Shown one piece after another: positions 53,293 through 63,429 of a stretch of DNA of 63,429 bases (the stretch's first letter is position 1; each line of letters starts with the position of its first letter). A program made the translations under genes and the position numbers. The notes under the pieces are model-generated. The model ran no database searches and was not told the origin of the DNA. It was given only the letters and a program-made list of their open reading frames with translations. This stretch comes from Parasitella parasitica NRRL 2501 (Eukaryota; Fungi; Mucoromycota), in assembly GCA_025201805.1 (NCBI GenBank), contig MU619255.1, forward strand, positions 175,034 through 238,462. The letters are read 5' to 3'.

Positions 53293-54099
53293 ATATTATA
53301 GTAAAAGTAAGAAGGGGAAAAGAAAGGGGGGTTGTTAATTGCTTCCTGGATAAAATTAGATAAATACCTTTTTTGGGTTAGAACACGAAGTTCTCTTGCT
53401 TCAAAGGAAAGGCATTGAAGGGCTAACTCACCTTCCAATCAATACAACAGTTGATCCAATGAATTATGTTGTCCGGGCCGAATAAAATGTCTATTGTAGG
53501 CTAACTTTTTTTTTTTTTTTATAAACGTGGACATAACAAATATTTATAATGAAAACGGTCAATTAACGTATGGTCATATGGAAGATGTCATGTCAATTAT
53601 CGACGATCCTAATATTATTTTTGAAACTTTGGTTAATCATTCTTCTTATATGAAGAATAAGCTGACTGAAAACAAAAAGTCAACTACTTCAAAGCCAGTG
53701 AAAGTTCTCTCAAAGTGGACAAATGCAGACTATGGCTTTAATCAGAGGAATTATCTGTGGGACAGAGGTATGCCGCTATGGGCGGGAGAGAATTAGGTGT
53801 CGAAGAATGAGCTGCTCAGCGACGGTGAAGAAGCTAGGAAGAGATTGACACGTTTGCGATATTGCGATATCAAATACGATAACTTAATATATACGTAAAA
53901 TAAAAAAAGAAAAACAATAGATGTGGTAAAAGTAGTAGCAGACTATAAAAAGCTATTCTTCATTAAATGAAGAATACAGTGCTTCCATGCACAATTTGCA
54001 TTGCTCAGAAATTGAAATCATTCAATGCTCTCCGGGATCTTTCGAGATTCGTTCTACTCTGCCTCCTGCTAAAGTTGTTTGGGGATCTCTTAAGACCTT

Positions 54100-54520
54100 C
54101 TCAAGTCAAGGGAACTTCTAAAGCTCCTGCTGGTGGTCAAGAAGAAGAGAAATCCGAGAATAAGGGTCCACCCACATCCTTTTCTTTGCCCTCCCAAACA
54201 ACATGTGTGGCATGAAATGGTCTTCGAGTTCCTGTGGCCTACAATTGTCACTCAAGATATCATTGACGGACTATCTCACCTTGACCTAGATCACCACCTT
54301 GGTTACTTCAAGTACTCTGGTGTCCTGTCTCCCTCGATCATTGTGTTCTATACTCTTGCAGCCATTTGGAAGCACATTTCCGAATGACTTTCTCACCATT
54401 CCTTTTCTCCCTGTCGCCGTAATTGTTGATATACGCAAGGACTTTCTCTTTCTTATTATTGAAATGTCCCCTTCCGATTAGTAGATTCTTTCACACTTTA
54501 TAATTCTTTTCTTTCTCCTC
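54100..54520 (+). mobile_element. 5'-truncated, decayed non-LTR (L1/Tx1-like) retrotransposon ORF2 C-terminal fragment (zf-RVT region)
   Basis: HPFLCPPKQHVWHEMVFEFLWPT...IIDGLSHLD...SIIVFYTLAAIWKH resembles the HxFxxCPxxxxVW...TLxxIWKxH C-terminus of fungal L1-like ORF2. Stops and frameshifts are present. Confidence 0.6.
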
Positions 54521-57474
54521 CGATATATTTTTATGTTATCTTAAATATTATTTCAGGACCCCTTCTTTGATATTATAGAATTGACAGCATTAAGAGGATA
54601 TTATACATAAAATTCGTTTGTGGTATCTAGTTTACCCTTGACAAAATGTAAATAAACAATTCCTTATTGTATAGCGTTTACAGCTTTTGTTTACTTGGAG
54701 TTTCCAGGCTCTCTCGTTCTCCCACTAACTATACCAAATGCCGTGGTGACGTTTTCAATATGTTATTTTTCAAGTGATATAACGAAGAGAGTCATTTTAT
54801 CATTATATATTCAATTAGTACTTCATAACATATTTACAGTAAAGTTCTTTTCATGATCAATAGTCTGGAAAGAGTAATTATTTTTTTGTTTTTTTAGGTA
54901 TACGAGAGACGGTAGCATTGCTACTTGATAACCAATTCAGTGGAGGAATCGGGCCGGGGCGTTTCAAACTATCAAATCTCTATTTTTATAGTTCGCATTA
55001 TCATTTTATGTTCATCTATTAAGTCAGCAATCCAATACCACGGAAAGAATATACAATCGGGACTCGTCATAACGGACGGGTTGGTGTACAAAAATGTGTT
55101 TGGTATAGCGAGTTATCCCCTATTCAGAATTTGATACTTTACAGTCAGTGCCTGGAACCTGGAATCTACCAGAAGCTTATTATGAACCTTAACTTTTGTT
55201 ACTTTATATAGCTGTGTCATGTACTAGAATCGATATTGACGTGATATCATCGCCAAATAGATGTTTTTTTACAGCTTAAAAGCAAAAACTTGAGCTCCCT
55301 GTGCCATTCTTGACTGATTTTCATAATATAAAGTGCCCTGAAAATACCAGAAATAGTATATATTGGGAAAAAACTATATTATATATGATTTTAGTGCAAT
55401 TTGAACATGATTTTTTTTTCGATGCAAAATGACGGATTTTTTCACTTTTTTCCTTGTATCCACACATCTAAAATCATCGAAAGTGCATTATCCTCGATTT
55501 TGACCCCAAAAATGCAATTTTTTACTATAGCATATATTGGAGAAAAATGATCGTAAAAGACTGTTCCTTGATCTGAAAGACTGGAAATGCTCTTTGATTA
55601 AGCAAAATTTTAACTTTTCCCTCTTAATCTGTTTTGAAGTTTTCTCGGCTTAACTCCTTCCATAAGCATACGAGAATTATGAAATAATACCATCGTGTAG
55701 AGCTTCCAAAAATACAGCTATTATCATAGATTGCCAGCCGAGGTATGCATAGTATCGGGGGATGATATCTTGCCTTAAAAAAGTAATTTTGTTTTCTAAT
55801 TGTACAAATGGAGTTTTTGAAAGAATTTCTTCTTCCTGATTTTGGATGCGTTTAATCTCCGCTTTTAGAGAAAAATGATGTTTTTTTTTTGGAAGAAAGC
55901 ATTAGCTTCGAGAAGCCATAGCTTACCCAATTTAAAAGAAAAACAATTGCAATCTATTTTACTTAATTTTTGTGCTTTTTGGCTTTCTAATGGTGGTACT
56001 TGCATGTCTGTACTTGGCCTGACGATCTCATGCTCCGAATTTGAAAAATACTTTTTCCGAAAAGTGGCTACCTTCATCTGATTTCAACTTGAAAAATACA
56101 AAAACTTGTTCTAAGCTATGCAATTATATAATCAAAAGGTGTCTAATAGTCAAATGCATTACTTTGCGTTACTTTTTTTTGTGTTTGAGATCGCTAAACA
56201 TTGCTTTCTAACAGTTTGTGTCTTTTTCTTGACAATAACACACTGTTGTCAGCATAGACCAAAAAAAAGAAAAAAGAAAAAATCAGACACCTGAAATCTA
56301 CGCCGGCTCTACAAAGACACACACTTTTGAACCATTTCAATATTATGAGAAAGATGGCGCAGGTTTGACTATCTGTTCTACTGCGCAACTAGATATAGAG
56401 GACCCAGCTTGCTACTTGTCTGACAAGACCTTGTACACTAGAAGGTGCTAGATCAACTAAAGGTATAAGAATGTGCCAGAGAAAAGGAAACAATTTGCCA
56501 CCAAGATAACACACCCATTCATAAAAAAATAATTGTTTAGCCCAAGCACATGTAAATGAACCTTGTTGTCCGTTTCTGAATCCATTTAAAGGTTTTAGAT
56601 CCAAAGTCAATGGACATACTCACACTTAAAATCACAGATGTTTGTCAATAGGAAACCGTAACCTTTTCCAAAGACTATTTTGAACTTCAAAATATGATGC
56701 AGATAGCTTATCTCACAACACACACTCTTAATATTTTCACTATGATTGAAACAAAATAAAGTAATTACTCTTTTTCTCTGTATGGAAATACCCACTTGAA
56801 AATCTTTTTTTGGGAGACATTTCTTTTCTCTCAGAAACTTCAGAAATAAGGTTTTTTATTATCACAATCCCCATGGCCTTTATCATTTACTTTTTTTTTT
56901 TCAGAAATGTCGCTGACGAGCTGCCTACTTTTATCCTCTTCTTAATACAATCGGATACTAGTACGTAGCCCACAGAATAATATTTGTCTCTTGGAAATAC
57001 CTTGATGCTCTGCATTGCTATATAATCCAAGAAATCGCACGAGAGTGTTGGCGTTAACTTCTATCATGTAGGTATTTGAGAATACTCATTCTGCTTGCTC
57101 CATCGTTTTTCCATTTTAGAAACCATTATGGCGTATTTATTGATCTTGGACTTGCACGTGTTTGTACCTCTTCAATGAAGCCGCCAAAGGTAAGTAGGCT
57201 AGAAAAAGATACCAATCATTTTTGGAAGTCTGGTGAAAATTTGAAGAGTGTGGCAGACATTAACGCTGGATATATTGATTCTACCGGGAGGTCTTATGGG
57301 CTGACATCGTCATTCCTCGCATGCATAAAACTAAAAACAAAAGAACAAAGAGTATATGCCACCACTGCTTTATTACCTGTATTATTGACCAAATAAAAAA
57401 CCATATTTTATTACACGCAACCGCTATAACAAATAAATTTTTAACTCTTTTTTTTTTTTTTTTTTTTCCACCAA

Positions 57475-59538
57475 ATGCTTTCCTCCAGTTGGGGTAAACT
57501 TCCAAACGAACTTTTGCAGCTCATTTTCAAGTACATACATGGATCCAAGGGACCCAAAACGGAGAATCCTGGCTACATTGATCATGCCAGAATACCAAAC
57601 ACCAAAAATCTGTTGGCTTGTCAGCTGGTATGCAAAAACTGGAGCAAGGCAGCGCAACAAGTACTGTATTGCACCGTTCAATTGGGAAGACGAGCAATTG
57701 TGTTTTGCAACACGGTGAACAAACATGCTCCTTTAGTTGGCAGTATGGTTAGAAAGATATTACTCTTGGAGGGCTTCAAGGTAGGGAGCAACAACGCTTA
57801 TAAAATCATCGACTCAATCATGCAAAACTGCCCCAACATTCAAGAGATCCACACGCTCTTCACCGATCAGAGCAATTTGGTCATCTCGTGCCTTCTTGAC
57901 GAAAGGAACCAAATAAAGCGCCTTGCAAAGCTTATCACCCTCAACAAATGGAAATTTCTGGACGCAGCCAAGTACGAAGCACTCGCAACCAAATACCGAA
58001 AGACGATAACACATCTTCAATTGCCCGCATTGGTGTACAATGAACATACCCGAGGGTTTTCACAGCACCAAGAGGTGGAGCAAAAGCTAAAGTCCTTTCC
58101 TGTTTTGCAGAAGCTTCACATGGCAAACTTTCACTGCGACAATGTCACCGTACTGGACCAGCTGATCGATAGCTGCTCCCTTACAGTGTATGAGCTGAAA
58201 TTTTCGGAACTGTTCACATCCTGCTGTACGATAAAGCCACCTCAAGACTCTGTCAAGCCGAATACGACTATCAAAAAGATGGCAGTGCTAGATGGTCGCA
58301 TCTCTACAGCTACCTTGTACTACCTTTCTGCCCTCAAATTGCGAGCCTTGGAAGAGCTGACATGGATGAGTTTTTCAGATAACGATATCGAGTGGTGGAA
58401 GCATTTGGCAAACTTGTCCTTGTCGCTCAAAGTGTACGACATCAAAGTCTCGTTTTCAGGGCTGATTTCTGAGCGGGATCAATTACACGAATGCTTGCAA
58501 ATTGTCAGCAATACGGCTCCTTCTCTGGATTGTGTAGCAAACTCCAGAACCTTGAAGCTGTCGTGTCTCGGCAATCGTTCGGTCATAGTTCATGGCAAGC
58601 CCAACGTATCCATGACAAAGACCCCAAACTCGTATTGCTTGGAGATTGATCAAGAGGATCGTTTTAACTTGCACATCCTTGACCTTTTGGCTCGCTTGCA
58701 GTTCTACTCGGCAGATTTGATAAACTTTAGATTTCAGGCTGCTATGCGTGAAATACATGAATCGTTTGCGTATAGGGTTGGAATGTGCAGCAGCGATGAT
58801 GAAAGTTACGACAGTGATTCAGATGCCTACAAGGAAGACATGGTCAATGCCACCTTGTGTGCCTACGAGTTTGTCCCCTCAAGTGAAATAAAGAAGGCGC
58901 TGCATGCCAACCGCAGCGTTAACAACAATGAACACTGGTCCATATTAGATGGATTACTCACAATGCTGGACTCGTCCAAGGATCCAAAGCTATATCTTAA
59001 ATACATCATTGTATTCGAGGAGCAACGTTCAGCGGTAGATATTATAGCTCAACAAGTGGCGGCTATATCGTTCAGCTGCTCAATTCTGGATGCGATGGTG
59101 TTGCCTGCAATATCTCTCAAATTGCCGCACATTGGTCGGCTTGTAATGGACGCATGCACTATACTAATGGAAAAACCCTACAATCTGGAACTGTTCCTAC
59201 CAACATCAAGTATACAGACACTGAAGCTCGTCGTTCGTCCACTTGCCGAGGGCCTATCGCTGTTTCCTGACTACGACTATTTCGCATGTCAGCTAGAAAA
59301 CAGAGAGTTGCTTGAAGCTGTATCACCAACAGGCCACTATATACTGAAAATTGAGACAGACACAAAGACTCATGTAAGCAAACGGCAAAGTGGCAGGATA
59401 ATCGATGGCAATTTCCCAGACATGACGACAGGCACATCAAGCGATTTCCTAATTTACATTAAATGCAAAAGGCTCAAGCAGTTTCTGTTGACTGATGATC
59501 CGGTGCAGGAGCAAGGATTTGAATCCTTTGAACGATAG
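57475..59538 (+). CDS. F-box domain protein with LRR-like C-terminus; intronless
   Basis: WGKLPNELLQLIFKYI...NLLACQLVCKNWSKAAQQVLY is the F-box. CPNIQEI, FPVLQKLHM and LRALEELTW are LRR-like units. Single 687-aa ORF. Confidence 0.8.
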   Translation: MLSSSWGKLPNELLQLIFKYIHGSKGPKTENPGYIDHARIPNTKNLLACQLVCKNWSKAAQQVLYCTVQLGRRAIVFCNTVNKHAPLVGSMVRKILLLEGFKVGSNNAYKIIDSIMQNCPNIQEIHTLFTDQSNLVISCLLDERNQIKRLAKLITLNKWKFLDAAKYEALATKYRKTITHLQLPALVYNEHTRGFSQHQEVEQKLKSFPVLQKLHMANFHCDNVTVLDQLIDSCSLTVYELKFSELFTSCCTIKPPQDSVKPNTTIKKMAVLDGRISTATLYYLSALKLRALEELTWMSFSDNDIEWWKHLANLSLSLKVYDIKVSFSGLISERDQLHECLQIVSNTAPSLDCVANSRTLKLSCLGNRSVIVHGKPNVSMTKTPNSYCLEIDQEDRFNLHILDLLARLQFYSADLINFRFQAAMREIHESFAYRVGMCSSDDESYDSDSDAYKEDMVNATLCAYEFVPSSEIKKALHANRSVNNNEHWSILDGLLTMLDSSKDPKLYLKYIIVFEEQRSAVDIIAQQVAAISFSCSILDAMVLPAISLKLPHIGRLVMDACTILMEKPYNLELFLPTSSIQTLKLVVRPLAEGLSLFPDYDYFACQLENRELLEAVSPTGHYILKIETDTKTHVSKRQSGRIIDGNFPDMTTGTSSDFLIYIKCKRLKQFLLTDDPVQEQGFESFER

Positions 59539-59636
59539 CGTTCCTTCTGTGGCATGCAGTTTTATTAGCACTATTTTATTGCGGTTTAAATGTGTACAAA
59601 ATGTCTATATAGCTTTTTATAATACAAAAAAAAATT

Positions 59637-60617
59637 CTAGAGTTTCTGTTTCACCCTTCTTTTCCTTGGGCGTGTCTTCATTTTTGGCTTTGCGTTGTTC
59701 CGGTTTGCTTCTATCCGTTTTAGCAGATGCAGCCTATATTTCGGGCTGCTTAATTCGTCTCGTTTCTTGGGATGATGTATCGCATTGACAACTTGCATTG
59801 CCCTTTCAAACTCTTTTATGTCACATAAGGTATCAACGACTATGCTGACGACCGCATAATTCATTATTATGTTCCTCGACTGCACGTCTTTCAGGTAGTC
59901 CAATACTCGGCCATGTTGTTTTCGCTTTGACGCATCCTTCATCAAGATGGTATAGGTGAAAATCGTAGGGCTCAATGCCCTGTTGTTCAATAGGCTTCGG
60001 AAGAGTGTGTGCGCTTGCGATGTCTGGTTATTATCCAGCAATGTCTTGATGAGCGTATTATACAGCACGATATTGCTCTTTGGCGTGAACAGCGTCATTT
60101 CCTGGCACAGTGATCGTATCGCATTCCAGTCGACAGGCTTGTGCTTTGCAATGAGATTGATCAGCATGGTGTATGTGTAAATCATGGATCGAGCGTCTTT
60201 ATTCGAGGCAGGGCGAATGCTGTAATAAGAAATAAGGGTATCATGGATAGCATACATCCCTTGGAGGTTGGATGATTTGTATAGCGCTCTTGTCAGCTGA
60301 TATAATGATTCTCGACTAGGAAACCCGCCCTCTTGGATCAACTGCAAATAGACTGCCAGCGCTTCATTCGGTCGGCCTTGAGCGGCTAATTTTCTAATAG
60401 CAATCGACGGTTCGGCGGGACGAGCATTGACGTGTAGATTAGCGTATTTTTGCGTGGTGGATGCATGTCGACGGGCTGCAAATGACCATGTAACTGGCAG
60501 CGAGGTGTGCAGCATTTGAAAACGACCACATGCTATACAATTTGTCAAGCTTTTTCGAACCGGCTGTGGCGGTAAAATACTCGATATGAACAGGTTGAGA
60601 ATGCGAACATGCCGCAT
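59637..60617 (-). CDS. Pentatricopeptide repeat protein, probably mitochondrial
   Basis: PPR-like units YTYTMLINLIAK, VLYNTLIKTLLDNNQTSQAHTLF and PTIFTYTILMKDASKRKQHGRVLDYL. Arg/Ser-rich N-terminal presequence (ARRHAST). Confidence 0.75.
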   Translation of the reverse strand: MRHVRILNLFISSILPPQPVRKSLTNCIACGRFQMLHTSLPVTWSFAARRHASTTQKYANLHVNARPAEPSIAIRKLAAQGRPNEALAVYLQLIQEGGFPSRESLYQLTRALYKSSNLQGMYAIHDTLISYYSIRPASNKDARSMIYTYTMLINLIAKHKPVDWNAIRSLCQEMTLFTPKSNIVLYNTLIKTLLDNNQTSQAHTLFRSLLNNRALSPTIFTYTILMKDASKRKQHGRVLDYLKDVQSRNIIMNYAVVSIVVDTLCDIKEFERAMQVVNAIHHPKKRDELSSPKYRLHLLKRIEANRNNAKPKMKTRPRKRRVKQKL

Positions 60618-60840
60618 ACCATGGAACTGTTGTATAATTGTTGACAAGAAAAAGGGGGGGGGGGGTTTCTTACAGAGAGAGAGAGAGAGATTTAAAAAAA
60701 AAAAAGACAGAGGGTCCTTGCTATTTATAATGGATATGGGCAAGGGATTCAAACATACTAAGAGCACACCCTCGACACTCTTCTGGATCAGTTGCCCTCA
60801 AAAACCACCATTTGACAGTGACGTGTGGAACCAATGTCAT

Positions 60841-61182
60841 CTAGATCAAGTTGCCATTTATTTCAAAAGAATCAATAACGACTTTGTCTCTAGTTCTATA
60901 TTGTACCAGCCAGTTTCCGTTTGGGAGCTTGTAGTAGAGGTTTGAGTAACTGCTACAATGCGGCAGGTTCTCTTGGGTATTGTTTGATATAGTAGAGCAT
61001 GATGAAGAATTTGAACAGGATAAATTATCATCGTCAGGCAAAAACAAGGTGCTTGATAGGCTGCTAAGGTCATCATCTTGCACTACGAGTTCCTTATTTT
61101 TGATGTTCCTGTTGCCATGGAGAGCGTTTCTCAAGGACTTCTTCAACTGAGTGAGCGTTGACTTCATATTGTATGCTTTCAT
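60841..61182 (-). CDS. Small hypothetical protein
   Basis: MKAYNMKSTLTQLKK..., a low-complexity middle, and a compact C-terminal LYYKLPNGNWLVQYRTRDKVVIDSFEING. Confidence 0.55.
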   Translation of the reverse strand: MKAYNMKSTLTQLKKSLRNALHGNRNIKNKELVVQDDDLSSLSSTLFLPDDDNLSCSNSSSCSTISNNTQENLPHCSSYSNLYYKLPNGNWLVQYRTRDKVVIDSFEINGNLI

Positions 61183-61400
61183 TCTTTTGCAAGAGAAAAA
61201 GATAGAATGAAATCCTCGCATTTTTATATGTTGTTCTCTCTGCATGCACTACTTAATATAAAACAACATTGTGCATAAAAAGGAGTGGTCTCTTTTGTGT
61301 AATTATACATCAAGATTTTAATTTGATCCAACACAACAATCAGGGAAAAAAAAAAAAAAAAAAAAGGTCTCGACGCTGGTTTATTCGCCTTGAATTTATA

Positions 61401-63429
61401 TTAAAATCTGACCTTTTGAAGCCATTCATTTGCGCCGAGGAACATCTCAAAAGTAGATTTTTCAATTGATCTGGCCTTGTCAAGCGTCTCGATTGCTGTG
61501 AAAAGCTGGCTCCAGAATGCAAAGCCCTTCTCCAAATCAGACTTGACTGAATTACATGTAGGAAATGCTTTTTCGGTTAATTCCAGTGCTTCTGCCGCGG
61601 ATTTCCCTTCGACTACCCTTTCCAGATAAAATTTACAAACAAGGCCTAAAGCAACATTCACATCGGCCAGGTAAGGGAGGCTTTTTTGTTTGTAAGACAA
61701 AGTGTGTGTATGTGTGCAAATGAATAGAACCTTCTTACCTGTCTGCAATCTGATAATAGTCCTTTCTGTCTTTTTGCACTAGTCCATTCAAAAAGAACGA
61801 CAAGGTCAGCATCTCCAGCAGATTTCTATAGCTACGATTAAGAGCTTTTACAAAGCTATTAAAAACCAGCAAATCACGATTCAAAGGACCACTCCAAGGG
61901 GCACTCTGTCATGTTGATGATTAAAAAAAATAAAAAAGCTGTAGCTACCAAAAACCATTTGTATACACACACTACCTTGAGATCCATTGGTAATAATGAC
62001 AATGCACGGGAGAGTAAGATAATGTGCTTCTTTTGTGATTCGTCGCCAAGAGGATGAGAGTAGGTTTTGCTGTATTCCTTGTCTGTGAGGACCTGAAATC
62101 GGACCAATTCGAGCGCTGTCAAAAAGGCTTCCTGTGTCGATAATGTGCTGTTGGATTTCAAAGCCGAGTAGAGTGCTTGGCCCCATGGTGTGTAGATGTG
62201 CTTGGATGAAGTCAAGAAGCTACAAGGGGTTATGCGTCAGTATCGATCATGTTTACGCTCTGAACAGATAACATACTCTCTGACCTCCAACGTCTTCCAC
62301 AAAACGTTAGCAACAATCTCGTTCTTATCGATTAACGGTTGTTCAGGATGAGGTCGAGTGATTGTCTTGCTAGCTTTTGTCTCGTTTTGAACAGCGCGGA
62401 TGCAAAATTGGAGGTCGATGGCAGATGTCTATCGAATTAAGTCAAGTACACGTTCGTATATGCGCACCCTAATCATCCCTACCTTTTGTTGCTTTAGCTC
62501 TGCTTGAACAAACTCATTTGTAACGTTCCAAGAGCTGGTCTTTTCATATATAGTGTTTAACGGTGTAGCGTCAATTCGAGTTGTTGCATTTCCCTCTGAA
62601 GGCTGATGGTGCATGATTTGCTCGACGCTAGGTTCGAACCAAAAGTAGCTTGCAATTTTGCGGGTTTTGTAGAACGGATGCAGCGGTTGTGTCAGTAAGC
62701 TGAGTGTTTGTGTGCGGATGTTGAGCAGTTGGGTCAAGAAATTTTGATATTCGATTGATTCGCCATTGTCCAGGGGCGCACTTTCGATCAGAACACCAGA
62801 CACCAAGCTGTTGATGGATTGAGGTCCGACCAATCCTCGCATCAGGTAGTAGTATAGTTCATCAGGAAGACGGTAGCCGATAAATTCGTGGATATCGTTG
62901 GGTGCATTTTCGATATTGAGTGGTTTCACTTCACCGTCGTCGTGAACAACTAGATGATATTTGACTGCACAGCGCGTGCGGCAGAATGTGTCGATATAAT
63001 TGGTCTTTGAAACGGTTGGATTGTCTGAAAATGCTTGCACTGCGTTGAATCCAGTTTTGTGCTGTTTGATCAAATCGTGGACACCTACAGATTTTCTCAG
63101 TTAGCCGCCTCGTTGTACCATAACAAGACATCCGATACTTGCCGGTAAAGGTAAAGCTAACATGTGATGTGTTGAGAGGAGGAAAAGTAGGGCAGTACTC
63201 AAAGCCAGCCAGTATACAAATATCCAAGAACTGTTCGTCAGAGACATGCAAATCTTGGAGTACTGTTCTTTTATTGATCCAGTGATAGTTTCCCTTTTCG
63301 AAATCGACGCTCGTTATCATCTTGTCGATATCCCACATCAATAACTCGGATCCGCCGCAGACAGCATTGACAAGTTGTTTAGGATGCGTGTACATGTATG
63401 CTAGCTATGACATGCTTTCAGTTTTTTTT
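61401..63429 (-). CDS. MKT1: Mkt1-like post-transcriptional regulator (XPG/PIN-like fold, MKT1_N, MKT1_C); 5' end outside the window
   Basis: GGSELLMWDIDKMIT, EQFLDICILAG, APNDIHEFIGYRLPDELYYYL..GLVGP, LTALELVRF, LPYLADVNVALG and DLEKGFAFW. Confidence 0.85.

Noticed and set aside
53950-54520. Minus-strand fragments vaguely like a retroviral integrase (GHF..., ILSDN, PQT..GRVER)
   Set aside because: Motif spacing is wrong, and the plus strand gives a better match to a non-LTR ORF2 C-terminus.
55300-56100. AT-rich MITE-like DNA (similar texture at 25560-25940 and 28150-28560)
   Set aside because: No terminal inverted repeats or TSDs could be identified by eye; a genome-wide copy search is needed.

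Overview
Intron-rich, AT-rich eukaryotic genomic DNA. Short ~50-70 nt introns, poly-A/T tracts and the gene families present point to a Mucorales fungus (Mucor/Parasitella-like; inferred). The window holds about 20 protein-coding genes, most of them multi-exon. In order: 3' end of a CBM21 protein, WBP11, a Num1/ApsA-like cortical dynein anchor, a Nup49/Nup58-like nucleoporin, two hypothetical proteins, Bud20/ZNF593, a DDX20(Gemin3)-like DEAD-box helicase, a homeobox factor, an intronless bacterial PaiA-like GNAT, a CH-kinase-C1-CAAX protein kinase, Tho1/SARNP, Nup159, a small 4-TM protein, RPL26, a PA-TM-RING E3 ligase, an acetyl-CoA transporter, an F-box protein, a PPR protein, a small orphan, and the 3' part of Mkt1. 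Intergenic DNA contains decayed relics: a malic enzyme pseudogene, a C2H2 zinc finger plus nuclease-like pseudogene, a non-LTR retrotransposon 3' fragment and possible solo LTRs. There are three N gaps. I saw no rRNA, tRNA or CRISPR features. The most interesting signals are (1) about 20 tandem LC8/Dyn2-type (T/V/I)Q motifs, seven embedded in a 34-aa repeat, inside the Num1-like dynein anchor, and (2) a Cdc15/SepH-type kinase with an unusual CH + kinase + C1 + polybasic CAAX architecture. Exon boundaries were read by eye and are predictions; family assignments come from recalled motifs, not database searches.
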